From Pirellulales bacterium (GTDB taxonomy: Bacteria > Planctomycetota > Planctomycetia > Pirellulales > PALSA-1355), in the NCBI GenBank assembly GCA_963733035.1, contig CAVTBU010000007.1, forward strand, positions 64,001 to 128,000: a DNA stretch of 64,000 nt, in the 5' to 3' direction. Under the pieces are notes generated by a model, which worked only from the letters and a program-made list of their open reading frames with translations, ran no database searches and was not told the origin of the DNA. Shown in pieces: positions 33,256 to 43,642 of the stretch. Made by a program: the position numbers and the translations under genes. Position 1 is the first letter of the stretch. Each line of letters opens with the position of its first letter.

Positions 33256-34209
33256 ATGACTCACACGACGCGCTTTACTTTCGCGGCGGTTCTGCTGGCA
33301 CTGCTTGTTGGCGTTTATGGTTGCGGTCAGTCGGCCTCACCGCCGCCGGGGGCTCCCGACGAGGCCGAAGCCCCCACCGTCGATCAAGGCCACGAGGAAT
33401 CGGCCGAAGCCGAACATGCTGATCACGAGCACGCCGCTGACGAGTCGGCGCCCCAGGGCGATGCGGCCGCGGAGACCACTGAAGAAACCAAGACCGCCGC
33501 TGCCGATGGTGACTGGGGCACGCTCACCGGCCGCATCATTTACGACGGCAAGGCGCCCGCGCCACAGCCGATCGACACGTCCAAAGATCCCAATTGCAAG
33601 ACCAAGCTGGAGACGGAAAACCTGCTCGTCGGTCCCGACGGTGGTCTGGCCAACGCCGTGATCATGCTCCGCACCAAAAACGTGAAGGTGAATCCGGAGT
33701 ACGACGCGACGGCCAAGGATGAGATCACGCTGGACAATAGGAATTGCCGTTTCGAACCCCACGTCGAAATTGTGCGGCTGTCGCAAACGCTGCTGCTCAA
33801 GAACTCCGACCCCACGGGGCACAACAGCAACCTCTCGCCGTTACTCAACACGGCGATCAACCCTGTGCTGGCCGCCGGTGGCGAGCCGGTTCCTTACCAC
33901 TTCACGACCGAGGAAGCCATTCCGGTCAAGGTGGGCTGCAATATCCATCCCTGGATGGGCGCTTGGATCGTAGCCCGCAAGGATCCCTACGCCGCAGTGA
34001 CCGACAAGGACGGCAATTTCACGATCAAGGATCTGCCGGCGGGCAAGGAATTGGAGTTTCGCCTCTGGCAGGAGTCGGCAGGCTATCTCAAGAACGCCAA
34101 GTTCAAGGCGGGCAAGACGGATACCCGCGGCACTTTCAAAATCAAGATCAAGCCGGGCAAAAACGACCTCGGCGACATCAAAGTTCCCAGCTCGATCTTT
34201 AAGAAGTAA
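33256..34209 (+). CDS. Lipoprotein with a putative type-1 copper (cupredoxin) site
   Basis: Lipobox VYGC; DPTGHN and CNIHPWM; GAGGAGG RBS. Confidence 0.75.
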   Translation: MTHTTRFTFAAVLLALLVGVYGCGQSASPPPGAPDEAEAPTVDQGHEESAEAEHADHEHAADESAPQGDAAAETTEETKTAAADGDWGTLTGRIIYDGKAPAPQPIDTSKDPNCKTKLETENLLVGPDGGLANAVIMLRTKNVKVNPEYDATAKDEITLDNRNCRFEPHVEIVRLSQTLLLKNSDPTGHNSNLSPLLNTAINPVLAAGGEPVPYHFTTEEAIPVKVGCNIHPWMGAWIVARKDPYAAVTDKDGNFTIKDLPAGKELEFRLWQESAGYLKNAKFKAGKTDTRGTFKIKIKPGKNDLGDIKVPSSIFKK

Positions 34210-34263
34210 GTCGGCCGCGTGCCGTCCCGCGCGGGGCGGCGTTGGCCAGAGGAGATAACTCCG

Positions 34264-35166
34264 ATGCGTAAAGTCCTGCTTTCGACGTGTTTGGCGGCGA
34301 CCGCCTTGGGCACGCTCCTTTCCAGCGGTTGCGGCCGGTCGGTATCGGCCAGTCCGAATCCGCAACCCGCCGTGGCAGCCGAGATTCGCGAAGCCCTGCT
34401 CAGCGGCGCCAGTGCCGCGGCCACGGCCGAAGCCGAGCCGACCGGCACCGGCTGGGGAACGTTGCGTGGCAAGTTTGTTTATGCCGGCGATCCCCCGGCG
34501 CCCGGCACGATCTCGGCGACCAAGGACACGGAGGTGTGCACCTCGGCCGGCCCGCTGATTGACAACTCGCTGGTCGTCGGACCGGACAAGGGGATTGCCA
34601 ACATCGTGGTCTACGCGCGCGTCAAGCGCGTTCACGAGTCGGCGGCTCCGCTGGAGGCCGGCAGCGATGTCGCTCCGCTGGAGTTCGACCAGAAGCACTG
34701 CATGTTCCTTTCGCATGTCGTGGCTTGCCAGGTCAACCGCAAGGTCGACATCAAGAATAGCGATCCGATCGGCCACAATACGAAGATCGATCCGCAGAAG
34801 GGTCAACCGTTTAACCAGAATCTGCCCGAGGGACAGACGGTTGCCTACATACCCACGGGCGAGGAGGCGCTGCCCGCGTCCGTTTCGTGCAGTATTCACC
34901 CTTGGATGCGGGCTTACCTGCTGCCGCGCGAGGACAAGTACTTTGCCGTGACCACGAGCGACGGCTCGTTCGAGATTCCGAACCTGCCAGCTGGCGAGGA
35001 GATCGAGCTGCAAGTCTGGCACGAGCGCGGGACCGGCCCGGGCGGCGCTTTGGTGCTGCCTCGCAAGGACCTCAAATGGACCAGCAAGGGACGTTTCAAA
35101 GTCAAAATCGAGCCCGACGAATCAGTCGATTTGGCATTGGACGTACCGCCGAGCGCGCTGAAGTAA
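34264..35166 (+). CDS. Paralogous cupredoxin-like lipoprotein
   Basis: Lipobox SSGC; DPIGHN and CSIHPWM; GAGGAG RBS. Confidence 0.75.
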   Translation: MRKVLLSTCLAATALGTLLSSGCGRSVSASPNPQPAVAAEIREALLSGASAAATAEAEPTGTGWGTLRGKFVYAGDPPAPGTISATKDTEVCTSAGPLIDNSLVVGPDKGIANIVVYARVKRVHESAAPLEAGSDVAPLEFDQKHCMFLSHVVACQVNRKVDIKNSDPIGHNTKIDPQKGQPFNQNLPEGQTVAYIPTGEEALPASVSCSIHPWMRAYLLPREDKYFAVTTSDGSFEIPNLPAGEEIELQVWHERGTGPGGALVLPRKDLKWTSKGRFKVKIEPDESVDLALDVPPSALK

Positions 35167-35284
35167 CAGCGCTACACTCAGAACAACGACCATGTGCCGG
35201 TCGCGCGATCGCGAGCGGCAACAAATAAGAAACCGCTTCACAACTACGCCGTTATAGACGCCGGCACACGTGCCGGTTTTCGCC

Positions 35285-36538
35285 ATGAATTGGAACCCCG
35301 CAAACTCCGTGCGATTTTGGCCCTGTCTGGCTTTGTTGGCCCTGCTGGCCGGCTGCGGGCGCAACGCGCCGCCGCAATTCAAGCTCGACATGGTGGCCAT
35401 CGCCGAAAAGCAGATTCCGCCAGATCAGACGCAAGAGATCGCCAACATTCTGGCGGCCATGTTTGGCACCCCGGACGACCCCTACGTGCTGCCCGAGACG
35501 GGCCTGGACGCGGCGCTCGTGAAGATGGCCTCCGGACCCACGCGGAGTGATCAGTTCGGCCGCGAGACGGGACTTTATCGTCGGCACTGTGCCCACTGTC
35601 ATGGCACGACCGGCGACGGCCTGGGCCCCACGGCCATGTTGCTAAACCCCTATCCGCGCGACTATCGCCAGGGCAAATTCAAGTTCAAGAGCACCGAGCG
35701 GGCGGCCAAGCCCACGCAGCACGACCTAGAGTACATCGTCAGCGAGGGCGTGCAGGGGACGGCCATGCCGTCGTTTGGTCTATTGCCCGAGATGCAGATC
35801 AAGGCGCTTGTCGAATACGTCAAGTATTTGAGCATGCGGGGCCAAACCGAGATTCGGTTGTCCGACGCGATGCTTGATCTGAGCGAAGGCGAGAAGCTGC
35901 CGCTGACGCGCGAACAGTTGGTCGACGAGATTCTGACGCCGATCGCTGAAAGCTGGAGCACGGCCACCGAGAACATCATTCCCACCGATGGCGACAACGC
36001 GAAGCCGGAAGTGCAGTTGGCCGAATCGATCAAGCACGGCAAGGACCTGTTCTACAGCGCCAAAGCCAACTGCGCGAAGTGTCACGGTTGGAGCGCCTTG
36101 GGAGACGGCCAGACGAACGACTACGACGACTGGAGCAAGGCGATTGTCGAAGCGGAAGGCAACTTGACGGCCGACATTTCCACGCTCGACACGGCTGAGG
36201 ATATGTCGAGCGAGGAACGCGCGGTGCTGGCCCGCCATATCGACCGGCTGTCGTCGGCGCTAAAGACCGATGCCTTGCCGCCACGCCACGCCAAGCCGCG
36301 AAACCTGCGGCAGGGAATCTACCGTGGAGGCCGGGCACCTTACGATATCTACCGCCGCATCTACGCCGGCATCAATGGCACGCCGATGCCGGCCGCCGGG
36401 CCGCCCACGCCAGGGGCACCGGGCACGCTCAGCAACGACGAAATTTGGAATCTCGTGGATTACGTATTGTCGCTCCCCTATGAGCCGATCAGCGAACCGC
36501 CGCGTCAGCAGCGGGCCGTAAGTCGGGCCGCGTTGTAA
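35285..36538 (+). CDS. Diheme cytochrome c lipoprotein
   Basis: Lipobox LAGC; CAHCH...GTAMP and CAKCH...GTPMP (His/Met ligation). Confidence 0.9.
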   Translation: MNWNPANSVRFWPCLALLALLAGCGRNAPPQFKLDMVAIAEKQIPPDQTQEIANILAAMFGTPDDPYVLPETGLDAALVKMASGPTRSDQFGRETGLYRRHCAHCHGTTGDGLGPTAMLLNPYPRDYRQGKFKFKSTERAAKPTQHDLEYIVSEGVQGTAMPSFGLLPEMQIKALVEYVKYLSMRGQTEIRLSDAMLDLSEGEKLPLTREQLVDEILTPIAESWSTATENIIPTDGDNAKPEVQLAESIKHGKDLFYSAKANCAKCHGWSALGDGQTNDYDDWSKAIVEAEGNLTADISTLDTAEDMSSEERAVLARHIDRLSSALKTDALPPRHAKPRNLRQGIYRGGRAPYDIYRRIYAGINGTPMPAAGPPTPGAPGTLSNDEIWNLVDYVLSLPYEPISEPPRQQRAVSRAAL

Positions 36539-36620
36539 CACCAAAAGGTACTGTCCGAGTCAATTCCGCCGCATTGCCAAAAGCATCATGCGGCAGAGCC
36601 GTCAGGCTGGAGAACGAGCC

Positions 36621-37436
36621 GTGGGAAAGTTTTGGGCTTTTGTGTTTCTGCTGGTACCCGTATTGGGCGTGGCCAGCTTTGTCTTCGCGCCCGTGTACAA
36701 GCACTGGTTGCCGGAGGACATTTCGCAGCACGGCCACACGATCGACCACTTGTTCTATTTCATTCTCTGGCTCACCGGCGTGGTCTTCGTGGTCACGGAG
36801 TTGGCTCTGTTCTGGTTCCTCTGGCGCTACGACGGCACGAAGGACCACAAGGTCGCCTACACCCATGGCAGCCACAGTCTGGAAATCATCTGGACGATCA
36901 TTCCGGCGGCCACGCTGCTGTTCATTGCGATTTATCAGATGAACGCCTGGGCCGAAGCTAAGATTCGCAACCCGGCCGCCGGACCCGATGGCATCTTGGG
37001 CACGGCCGACGACATGCCGCCCACGCTGGAGGTGACCGGCCGGCAATTCGAATGGCGGTTGCGATACCCGGGCAGTAATGGCGTGCTGGGCGATCAGGAC
37101 GATATTTTCGTCGTAAACGACCTGCATTTGCCGGTCAACGAGGAGATTCTGATCGAGCTGAAAAGCGCCGACGTGCTGCACAGCTTTTTCCTGCCCAACA
37201 TGCGGGTCAAGCAAGACGCGGTGCCCGGCATGAAGATTCCGGTTTGGTTCCGGGCCACCGAAAAGGGGACGTACGACATCGTCTGTGCGGAGCTTTGCGG
37301 TTGGGGACATTATAAAATGAAAGGCCGGCTCACCATCGAATCGCGTGAAGATTTCGAGGAGTGGCTGGACAAAAAATATCGCGAGCAGACGGCAACCGTC
37401 GACTCGCAGGCGTTGGCACAGGGGGAGAGTGAATGA
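36621..37436 (+). CDS. coxB: Cytochrome c oxidase subunit II
   Basis: LEIIWTIIP, GRQFEW, DVLHSF and CuA motif CAELCGWGHYKM; GTG start. Confidence 0.95.
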   Translation: MGKFWAFVFLLVPVLGVASFVFAPVYKHWLPEDISQHGHTIDHLFYFILWLTGVVFVVTELALFWFLWRYDGTKDHKVAYTHGSHSLEIIWTIIPAATLLFIAIYQMNAWAEAKIRNPAAGPDGILGTADDMPPTLEVTGRQFEWRLRYPGSNGVLGDQDDIFVVNDLHLPVNEEILIELKSADVLHSFFLPNMRVKQDAVPGMKIPVWFRATEKGTYDIVCAELCGWGHYKMKGRLTIESREDFEEWLDKKYREQTATVDSQALAQGESE

Positions 37437-39220
37437 GCTCGATCACCGCAGGTTCTCACGCACACGACGACCATGCCGCTCACGCGCATGCGGGCGGATT
37501 CCTTGGCACCTATGTGTTTTCCAGGGATCACAAGATCATTGGACTTCAGTTTTTGTTTTCCACGCTGATCTGGTTTCTGATCGGCGGGCTGCTGGCCCTT
37601 GGCATTCGCTGGCAAGTGGCCTGGCCCTGGGCCGAAATGCCGGTCATCGGCAAGATGCTATTTGCCAACGAAGGCGGCCAGATCTCGCCGGAGTTCTACA
37701 CGATTTTGTTCACCATGCATGCCACGGTGATGATCTTTTTCGTGATCATCCCGATTTTGGCCGGCGCGTTCGGCAACTACCTGATCCCGCTGATGATCGG
37801 TGCCGACGACATGGCGTTCCCAACGCTGAACATGCTCAGCTACTGGTTCATGTGGCCGGCGTTCGTGGCCATTGGAGGCAGCTTTTTCGTCGAAGGAGGT
37901 GCCGCCAAATCGGGCTGGACCTCCTATCCTCCGCTTTCACTGACGGACTGGAACGGCCAAACGCTCTGGCTGATGGGCCTCACGTTCGTCGGCGTCTCTT
38001 CGATGATGGGGTCGGTCAACTACATGACCACCATCATTCAGATGCGGGCGCCCGGCATGACGATGTTCCGTCTGCCGATGACGATTTGGGCCATGTTCAT
38101 CACGGCCATCTTGCAAGCGTTTGCACTGCCGGTCCTCACGGCGGCCGGTTTCATGCAACTTATGGACCGCCTGCTCGGCACCGGCTTCTTCATTCCCGAA
38201 GGCTGGTCAGCCGGCAATTCCGCCCTGGCCTCGGGCGGCGGTCAGCCGCTGCTCTGGCAGCACCTGTTCTGGTTTTATTCCCACCCGGCCGTGTACATCA
38301 TGATTCTGCCCGCCATGGGAATGGTCTCCGACATCATCGCCTGCTTCTCACGCAAGCCGCTGTTCGGATACAAGCCGATGGTCTATTCGATTGCGGGGAT
38401 CGCCGGGTTGGGCTTTATCGTCTGGGGTCACCACATGTTTGTCTCGGGCATGAACCCCGCGCTGGGCATGACGTTCATGATTTCGACGATGATGATTGCC
38501 TTGCCTAGTGCCATTAAGACCTTCAATTGGCTGGGCACGGTTTGGGGAGGCAACGTTCGCTTCACCACGCCGATGCTTTTCGCCCTGTCGTTCGTCGCGA
38601 TGTTCATCATCGGTGGATTGTCTGGCATCTTCATGGCCGCCACGCCGGTCGACATCTTCATTCACGACACCTATTTCATTGTGGCCCACTTCCATTACGT
38701 GCTGTTTGCCGGCACGGCGATGGGCGTGTTCGGCGCGATCTACTTCTGGTATCCGAAAATGTTCGGCCGCATGATGAACGAAACGGCCGGGAAGATTCAC
38801 TTCTTCCTGACGTTCCTGTTCCTCAACGGCACGTTCTTCACGATGCACATCCTGGGCGTTGTCGGTTTCCCGCGCCGCCTGGCCGATCCGTATCACTATC
38901 AGACGTTCCATCACTTGCAGCCGCTCAACGAATTCATGACGTGGTGTGCGATTGGCATGGTCGGCGTGCAGGTGATCTTCGCGGCCAATTTCCTGCTGAG
39001 CATGTTTCTGGGGCCCAAGGCTGGCCGCAATCCGTGGCACTCCAACGGCCTGGAATGGCAGGCGCCTAGCCCGCCAGGGCACGGCAACTTCGACTTCCAG
39101 CCGGTGATCTACCGGGGACCCTACGAATACAACTCGCCCGAGGCAGGCAAGGACTACTACCCGCAGAACGAGCCGCCCCCGGGAGCTCACCCCGAGCCGC
39201 CCTCGCCGCCGATCTACTAA
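37433..39220 (+). CDS. coxA: Cytochrome c oxidase subunit I, A2 type
   Basis: DHKIIG, TMHAT, WFYSHPAVY, WGHHMF, HDTYFIVAHFHY, PRR. Confidence 0.97.
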   Translation: MSSITAGSHAHDDHAAHAHAGGFLGTYVFSRDHKIIGLQFLFSTLIWFLIGGLLALGIRWQVAWPWAEMPVIGKMLFANEGGQISPEFYTILFTMHATVMIFFVIIPILAGAFGNYLIPLMIGADDMAFPTLNMLSYWFMWPAFVAIGGSFFVEGGAAKSGWTSYPPLSLTDWNGQTLWLMGLTFVGVSSMMGSVNYMTTIIQMRAPGMTMFRLPMTIWAMFITAILQAFALPVLTAAGFMQLMDRLLGTGFFIPEGWSAGNSALASGGGQPLLWQHLFWFYSHPAVYIMILPAMGMVSDIIACFSRKPLFGYKPMVYSIAGIAGLGFIVWGHHMFVSGMNPALGMTFMISTMMIALPSAIKTFNWLGTVWGGNVRFTTPMLFALSFVAMFIIGGLSGIFMAATPVDIFIHDTYFIVAHFHYVLFAGTAMGVFGAIYFWYPKMFGRMMNETAGKIHFFLTFLFLNGTFFTMHILGVVGFPRRLADPYHYQTFHHLQPLNEFMTWCAIGMVGVQVIFAANFLLSMFLGPKAGRNPWHSNGLEWQAPSPPGHGNFDFQPVIYRGPYEYNSPEAGKDYYPQNEPPPGAHPEPPSPPIY

Positions 39221-39265
39221 TCCGAGTCGAATCGCCCGACGAACCTCCTTGATCGCTGAGCAATC

Positions 39266-40306
39266 GTGAACCAAACGCCACGCCAAGTTGAAAGCCCCTG
39301 GCCCCATCGCTGGGCCGTGGCCTTGGTCTGCGCCACGTTCCCGATGATCTGGATCGGCGGGCTGGTGACCACCGCGGGCGCCGGCATGGCCGTGCCCGAC
39401 TGGCCCAACACCTACGGTTACAACCCGTTCCTTTATCCCTTGGATACCTGGCTGTACGGACCTTGGAAGTTGTTCATCGAGCACGGCCATCGGTTGTTTG
39501 GCACGTTGGTGGGCATGATCACGATTGGCTTTTTGATTTCCACCTGGTGGTGCCAACGACGCACGTTGGTTCGCTGGCTGGGCGCCGCGGCGCTGGCGGG
39601 CGTGCTGCTGCAAGGCGTGCTTGGCGGACTGCGCGTGTTGGCCAACGAAGTGTTGATTGCCCAGATTCACGGTTGCGTCGGTCCGGCGTTTTTTGCATTC
39701 ACCGTGGCTTTGGCCGTGGTGACTTCGAAGCGCTGGCGCGAGGCCGAGCCGGTGGCCAACCCAGTGGTCGCAAAGATCGAACGCCTTGCATTGATCATCA
39801 CCTTCCTCGCATTTTTGCAGATCGTTCTCGGCTCGCAGCTGCGGCACCTGCCAGCCGGCGCACGGCCCGGAGAATTCCGCCTGGCCCTGTTCTTTCATCT
39901 GTTTGTGGCCGGAGCGCTGTGGGGGCACATCGTGATGCTCGCGGTGCGCGTTTGGCGTTCGATGCGAGATGAGCCCTGGCTGCTGCGGCCCGCGATTGGC
40001 CTGTCGGTGCTGATCGTGCTGCAAGTTTGCCTGGGGCTGGGAACCTGGGTTACCAAATACGGCTTTCCCGGCTGGCTGTCGGGATTCGACTTCGCCGCAG
40101 GGTTTCGGCCCACGGCCGACGCGCCCTGGCAAATGGCCTCGGCAACGGCGCACGTGGCCATCGGCTCGATGATTTTGGGAAACAGCCTGCTATTGGCGCT
40201 CCGTTCGGCGCGTCTGGTGGTCCGTCAGGCAGGCGTAATGAACACACAAACGCATCGTGTGCAAAACGAAAACGGCCATACCTTGCTGATGGAGGCCGCC
40301 CGATGA
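39266..40306 (+). CDS. ctaA: Heme A synthase (COX15/CtaA)
   Basis: GGLVT...PDWP, IEHGHR, QGVLGG and further conserved His residues. Confidence 0.9.
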   Translation: MNQTPRQVESPWPHRWAVALVCATFPMIWIGGLVTTAGAGMAVPDWPNTYGYNPFLYPLDTWLYGPWKLFIEHGHRLFGTLVGMITIGFLISTWWCQRRTLVRWLGAAALAGVLLQGVLGGLRVLANEVLIAQIHGCVGPAFFAFTVALAVVTSKRWREAEPVANPVVAKIERLALIITFLAFLQIVLGSQLRHLPAGARPGEFRLALFFHLFVAGALWGHIVMLAVRVWRSMRDEPWLLRPAIGLSVLIVLQVCLGLGTWVTKYGFPGWLSGFDFAAGFRPTADAPWQMASATAHVAIGSMILGNSLLLALRSARLVVRQAGVMNTQTHRVQNENGHTLLMEAAR

Positions 40307-41202
40307 GTATGCCTTCGTTGGCCATCGACCGCCGCACGAACCTGCTCGCGCGCGTGGCCGATTATGTTGAGCTTACGAAACCCAAGATCGCCGCGCTTGT
40401 GCTGGTGACCGTGGCCGTGGCGGCGTTTGTTGCCAGCTGGGGTCCGCCAAGCGGCTGGCTGCTCTGGCACACGCTGTTGGGCACCGCGCTGGTCGCCGCC
40501 AGTGCGAGCGCGCTGAACCAATGGCTCGAGCGCGACACCGATGCGTTGATGATTCGCACGGCCGATCGCCCGTTGCCAGCCGGTCGGCTATCGAACGGTC
40601 AGGTGCTGGCATTTGGCTTCGCGACGATCGTGCTGGGCACGGCCTACCTGGCCACCAGCGTCAGCCTGCTCACTGCGGCCTTGGGGCTGCTAACCTGGGC
40701 GATGTATGTGGTTGTTTACACACCGCTCAAACGCCGCACGGCCGCCAACACCGCCGTGGGGGCCGTCGCCGGCGCGCTGCCGGTCTTGATGGGCTGGACC
40801 GCCGTCGGTGCGCCGCTCGATTTGCGGGCCTGGTCGCTGTTCCTGATCGTCTTCTTGTGGCAGTTTCCGCATTTCATGGCCATCGCCTGGATCTATCGCC
40901 GCGATTACGACGGCGCCGGCCTGAAAATGCTTAGCACGGTCGATCCGAGCGGCGTGCGCGCGGGCACGCAGGCCATTTTGGCGGCAATGGTTTTAGTGCC
41001 GGTCAGCATCGTGCCGTGTTTGTCTCAGCCGGCCGGAAGCATCTTTCTGGTGTGGGCCCTGGTGTTGGGCGTGGGACAGTTGCTGTGCGCGTTTTCTTTC
41101 TTCCTGCAAAAAACCGATTCGGCGGCGCGGCGCTTGTTACTGGCGTCGCTCTTGTACTTGCCCGCCATGATGGGGCTGTTGGCCCTGGGGCCATTGGCCT
41201 GA
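40303..41202 (+). CDS. ctaB: Heme O synthase
   Basis: [38 protein letters not shown]. Confidence 0.95.
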   Translation: MSMPSLAIDRRTNLLARVADYVELTKPKIAALVLVTVAVAAFVASWGPPSGWLLWHTLLGTALVAASASALNQWLERDTDALMIRTADRPLPAGRLSNGQVLAFGFATIVLGTAYLATSVSLLTAALGLLTWAMYVVVYTPLKRRTAANTAVGAVAGALPVLMGWTAVGAPLDLRAWSLFLIVFLWQFPHFMAIAWIYRRDYDGAGLKMLSTVDPSGVRAGTQAILAAMVLVPVSIVPCLSQPAGSIFLVWALVLGVGQLLCAFSFFLQKTDSAARRLLLASLLYLPAMMGLLALGPLA

Positions 41203-41251
41203 TGAAACATTTGCGAATGATCGTGTCTTAGAAAGGTTGGATGAGCAAACG

Positions 41252-42241
41252 ATGGCCACGACCCATGCACCCGCCGAACACGCTGATCACGGCCACGTCG
41301 GATTGGAATACCATCCGGGCTTGCCGATTTCCAACGGCAAGTTGATCGTATGGCTGTTCTTGTCGACGGAAATCATGTTCTTCGCCGCGCTGATTGGCAC
41401 TTATATCGTGCTGCGGTTCGGTGCAGCGACTTGGCCCTTACCGCACGAAGTTCACCTCAGCGAACCGATCGGGGCGTTCAACACGTTCGTGCTGATCTGT
41501 TCTAGCGTCTCGATTGTGCTGGCTCTCGAAGCAGCAAAGGTCAATAAAGCGGCCGCGGCCAAGGGCTGGCTGCTGGTGACGCTCGCCTTGGGGAGCGTGT
41601 TTTTGGGGGTCAAACTGTACGAATACAACGCCAAGTTTTCGCACGGCATCTATCCCTGGAAGCCGCACAGCCAGATCTGGGAAAAGGCCGACTTGAACTA
41701 TGCCGCGGCCGTACGCGGGCGGCTCGACGCGCTCAATGCCGGGTTCGAGACAGAGAATTCCGCACTGACCGAAAAGTATGCCGACAACCCTGAATCGCTC
41801 GAGAAAGATCCCGCCGCCGTCGCATTGCGAGAAAAGCAGGCGCTGGTTGCCAAGCTGATCGAAGAGGAGAAAGCGGCCGAGATCGCCGCGGCTCAGGCAA
41901 CGAATGTCGCCGTGGCTCACGCCGCATTGGACGAACTGGCCGAAAAGATCATGCCTCTGGGGCACGCTCCCGGCGAGGAGCCGCACCATGGGCTTAACGA
42001 CCAGCACGCCTGGCTCCGCCTGCCGATCGTGATTCCGGGCGGCAACATGTGGGCGAGCACCTACTTTCTGCTCACCGGTTTTCATGCCATCCACGTGCTA
42101 GTGGGGCTGATCGTGTTCGCCATCATGATCCCGATGACCCTGGGCGTGATGGCGACCGGCTTCGTCGAGAACATCGGCCTGTATTGGCACTTTGTCGATT
42201 TGGTGTGGATCTTCCTGTTCCCGCTGCTGTATCTGTTCTAG
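41252..42241 (+). CDS. coxC: Cytochrome c oxidase subunit III with a large soluble insertion
   Basis: [32 protein letters not shown]. Confidence 0.92.
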   Translation: MATTHAPAEHADHGHVGLEYHPGLPISNGKLIVWLFLSTEIMFFAALIGTYIVLRFGAATWPLPHEVHLSEPIGAFNTFVLICSSVSIVLALEAAKVNKAAAAKGWLLVTLALGSVFLGVKLYEYNAKFSHGIYPWKPHSQIWEKADLNYAAAVRGRLDALNAGFETENSALTEKYADNPESLEKDPAAVALREKQALVAKLIEEEKAAEIAAAQATNVAVAHAALDELAEKIMPLGHAPGEEPHHGLNDQHAWLRLPIVIPGGNMWASTYFLLTGFHAIHVLVGLIVFAIMIPMTLGVMATGFVENIGLYWHFVDLVWIFLFPLLYLF

Positions 42242-42293
42242 TCCTTTACCCGATTCCTTTGCATTCAAGCCGCTCGAGCGGAGTAACTCAGCC

Positions 42294-42752
42294 ATGTCGC
42301 AACCCGGTCACAGCCACGCCCACGACGCCGACCACGGCCACGATGTGGGGATCGCCAAATACATCTACGTTTTCCTCGCGCTTTGCGTGCTGACCGGGGC
42401 GTCGTTCTTCACGTATTCGTCGTACTGGCCGTTTCACGCCCAGCCCAAGATCGGTTGGGCTTTCATGATGGCCGTCTCGTGCACCAAGGCAATGCTTGTG
42501 ATTTTGTTTTTCATGCACGTGAAGTACGAGGCGAATTGGAAATACGTACTTACGATTCCGGCCGGATTCATGGCGACCTTTCTGGTGCTGGCACTGGTGC
42601 CGGATATCGGCATGCGGGGGCACTGGCTTTCGGAAGAGCGCCGTTTGTACATGGCCGAGCCTCGCGATGCCGCCGCTGCGCCGGTCGTGCACCACGGCGA
42701 AGCCGATTCGCACGGGGATGCCGAACATTCCGCCCCGGCATCCGAACACTAG
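42294..42752 (+). CDS. Cytochrome c oxidase subunit IV
   Basis: YIYVFLALCVLT and KAMLVILFFMHVKYE. Confidence 0.85.
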   Translation: MSQPGHSHAHDADHGHDVGIAKYIYVFLALCVLTGASFFTYSSYWPFHAQPKIGWAFMMAVSCTKAMLVILFFMHVKYEANWKYVLTIPAGFMATFLVLALVPDIGMRGHWLSEERRLYMAEPRDAAAAPVVHHGEADSHGDAEHSAPASEH

Positions 42753-42887
42753 GGTGCGCCACGAACGATCGACGACCGTCTCGGCGGCGTAAACATAAAA
42801 AGAGTCGCTTGCTCGAGTTGCCTGCGTGCAGACACCGCGGTCGTCCGTCTGCTGGCATTCCGAGGACCTCCGCCCGGGATTTGCAAA

Positions 42888-43622
42888 ATGAAACCTTCGG
42901 CCGCCACCTATTGGGTCGTGCTCGTCGCATTGCTTGCCGCGATTTACGGTTCATACACACTCTGGCGAACGTCCCGAGACACCGAGCCGTCCGCGCCGGC
43001 CCGCACTTCAACAGCTCGCAATGCGACTGCGAGTCCCGCGACCACGGCGATCTTGTCCGACAGTCCGATTGCCCAGTTCAAGCTGATCGACCAGGACGGC
43101 AACCCGTTCGATTCGGCCAGCCTTGAAGGCGAGGTTTGGGTGGCAAGTTTCTTTTTCACCAACTGTCCGGCCATCTGCTGGCGGATGAATCAGGCCCTGG
43201 CTGCCTGGCAGCACACGCATCCCGACAGCAAGATCCGCTTCATCAGCATTACCTGCGATCCAGACAACGATACGCCCGAAGCGCTGAAGAAATATGCCGA
43301 GCACTTCAAGGCCGATCCCAGGCGGTGGACCTTTCTCACCGGTGACATGAAAGACATCCAGAGCGTCGGCCAGGAATCGTTCAAAATCGCCGTTGTTAAA
43401 GGGGACCACACGGATCGGGCCTGCGTCGTCGACCGCACCGGCAAGGTTCGCGGACGCTTCCGGCTGACGGAGCCCGATCAGGCGGAAATGCTCGACCGGC
43501 TGCTGACCATGGTCGAGGCCGAGCCGGCCCTCCCACCGGCCGTCGAACACAAGGCTGCAGAGCATGTCGAGCGACCGGCCGACGATTCGTCCGCCGGCGC
43601 GCCGGATTCCGAAAAAAGCTGA
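42888..43622 (+). CDS. SCO1/SenC copper chaperone
   Basis: FFTNCPAIC, ITCDPDNDTPEAL, WTFLTG and His in GDHT. Confidence 0.92.
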   Translation: MKPSAATYWVVLVALLAAIYGSYTLWRTSRDTEPSAPARTSTARNATASPATTAILSDSPIAQFKLIDQDGNPFDSASLEGEVWVASFFFTNCPAICWRMNQALAAWQHTHPDSKIRFISITCDPDNDTPEALKKYAEHFKADPRRWTFLTGDMKDIQSVGQESFKIAVVKGDHTDRACVVDRTGKVRGRFRLTEPDQAEMLDRLLTMVEAEPALPPAVEHKAAEHVERPADDSSAGAPDSEKS

Positions 43623-43642
43623 CCCGTCCGAGACCCCACGCC

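Noticed and set aside
34220..34240. Intergenic hairpin GCCGTCCC/GGGGCGGC as a terminator
   Set aside because: No U-tract and it lies inside the operon; at most an mRNA-stability element.
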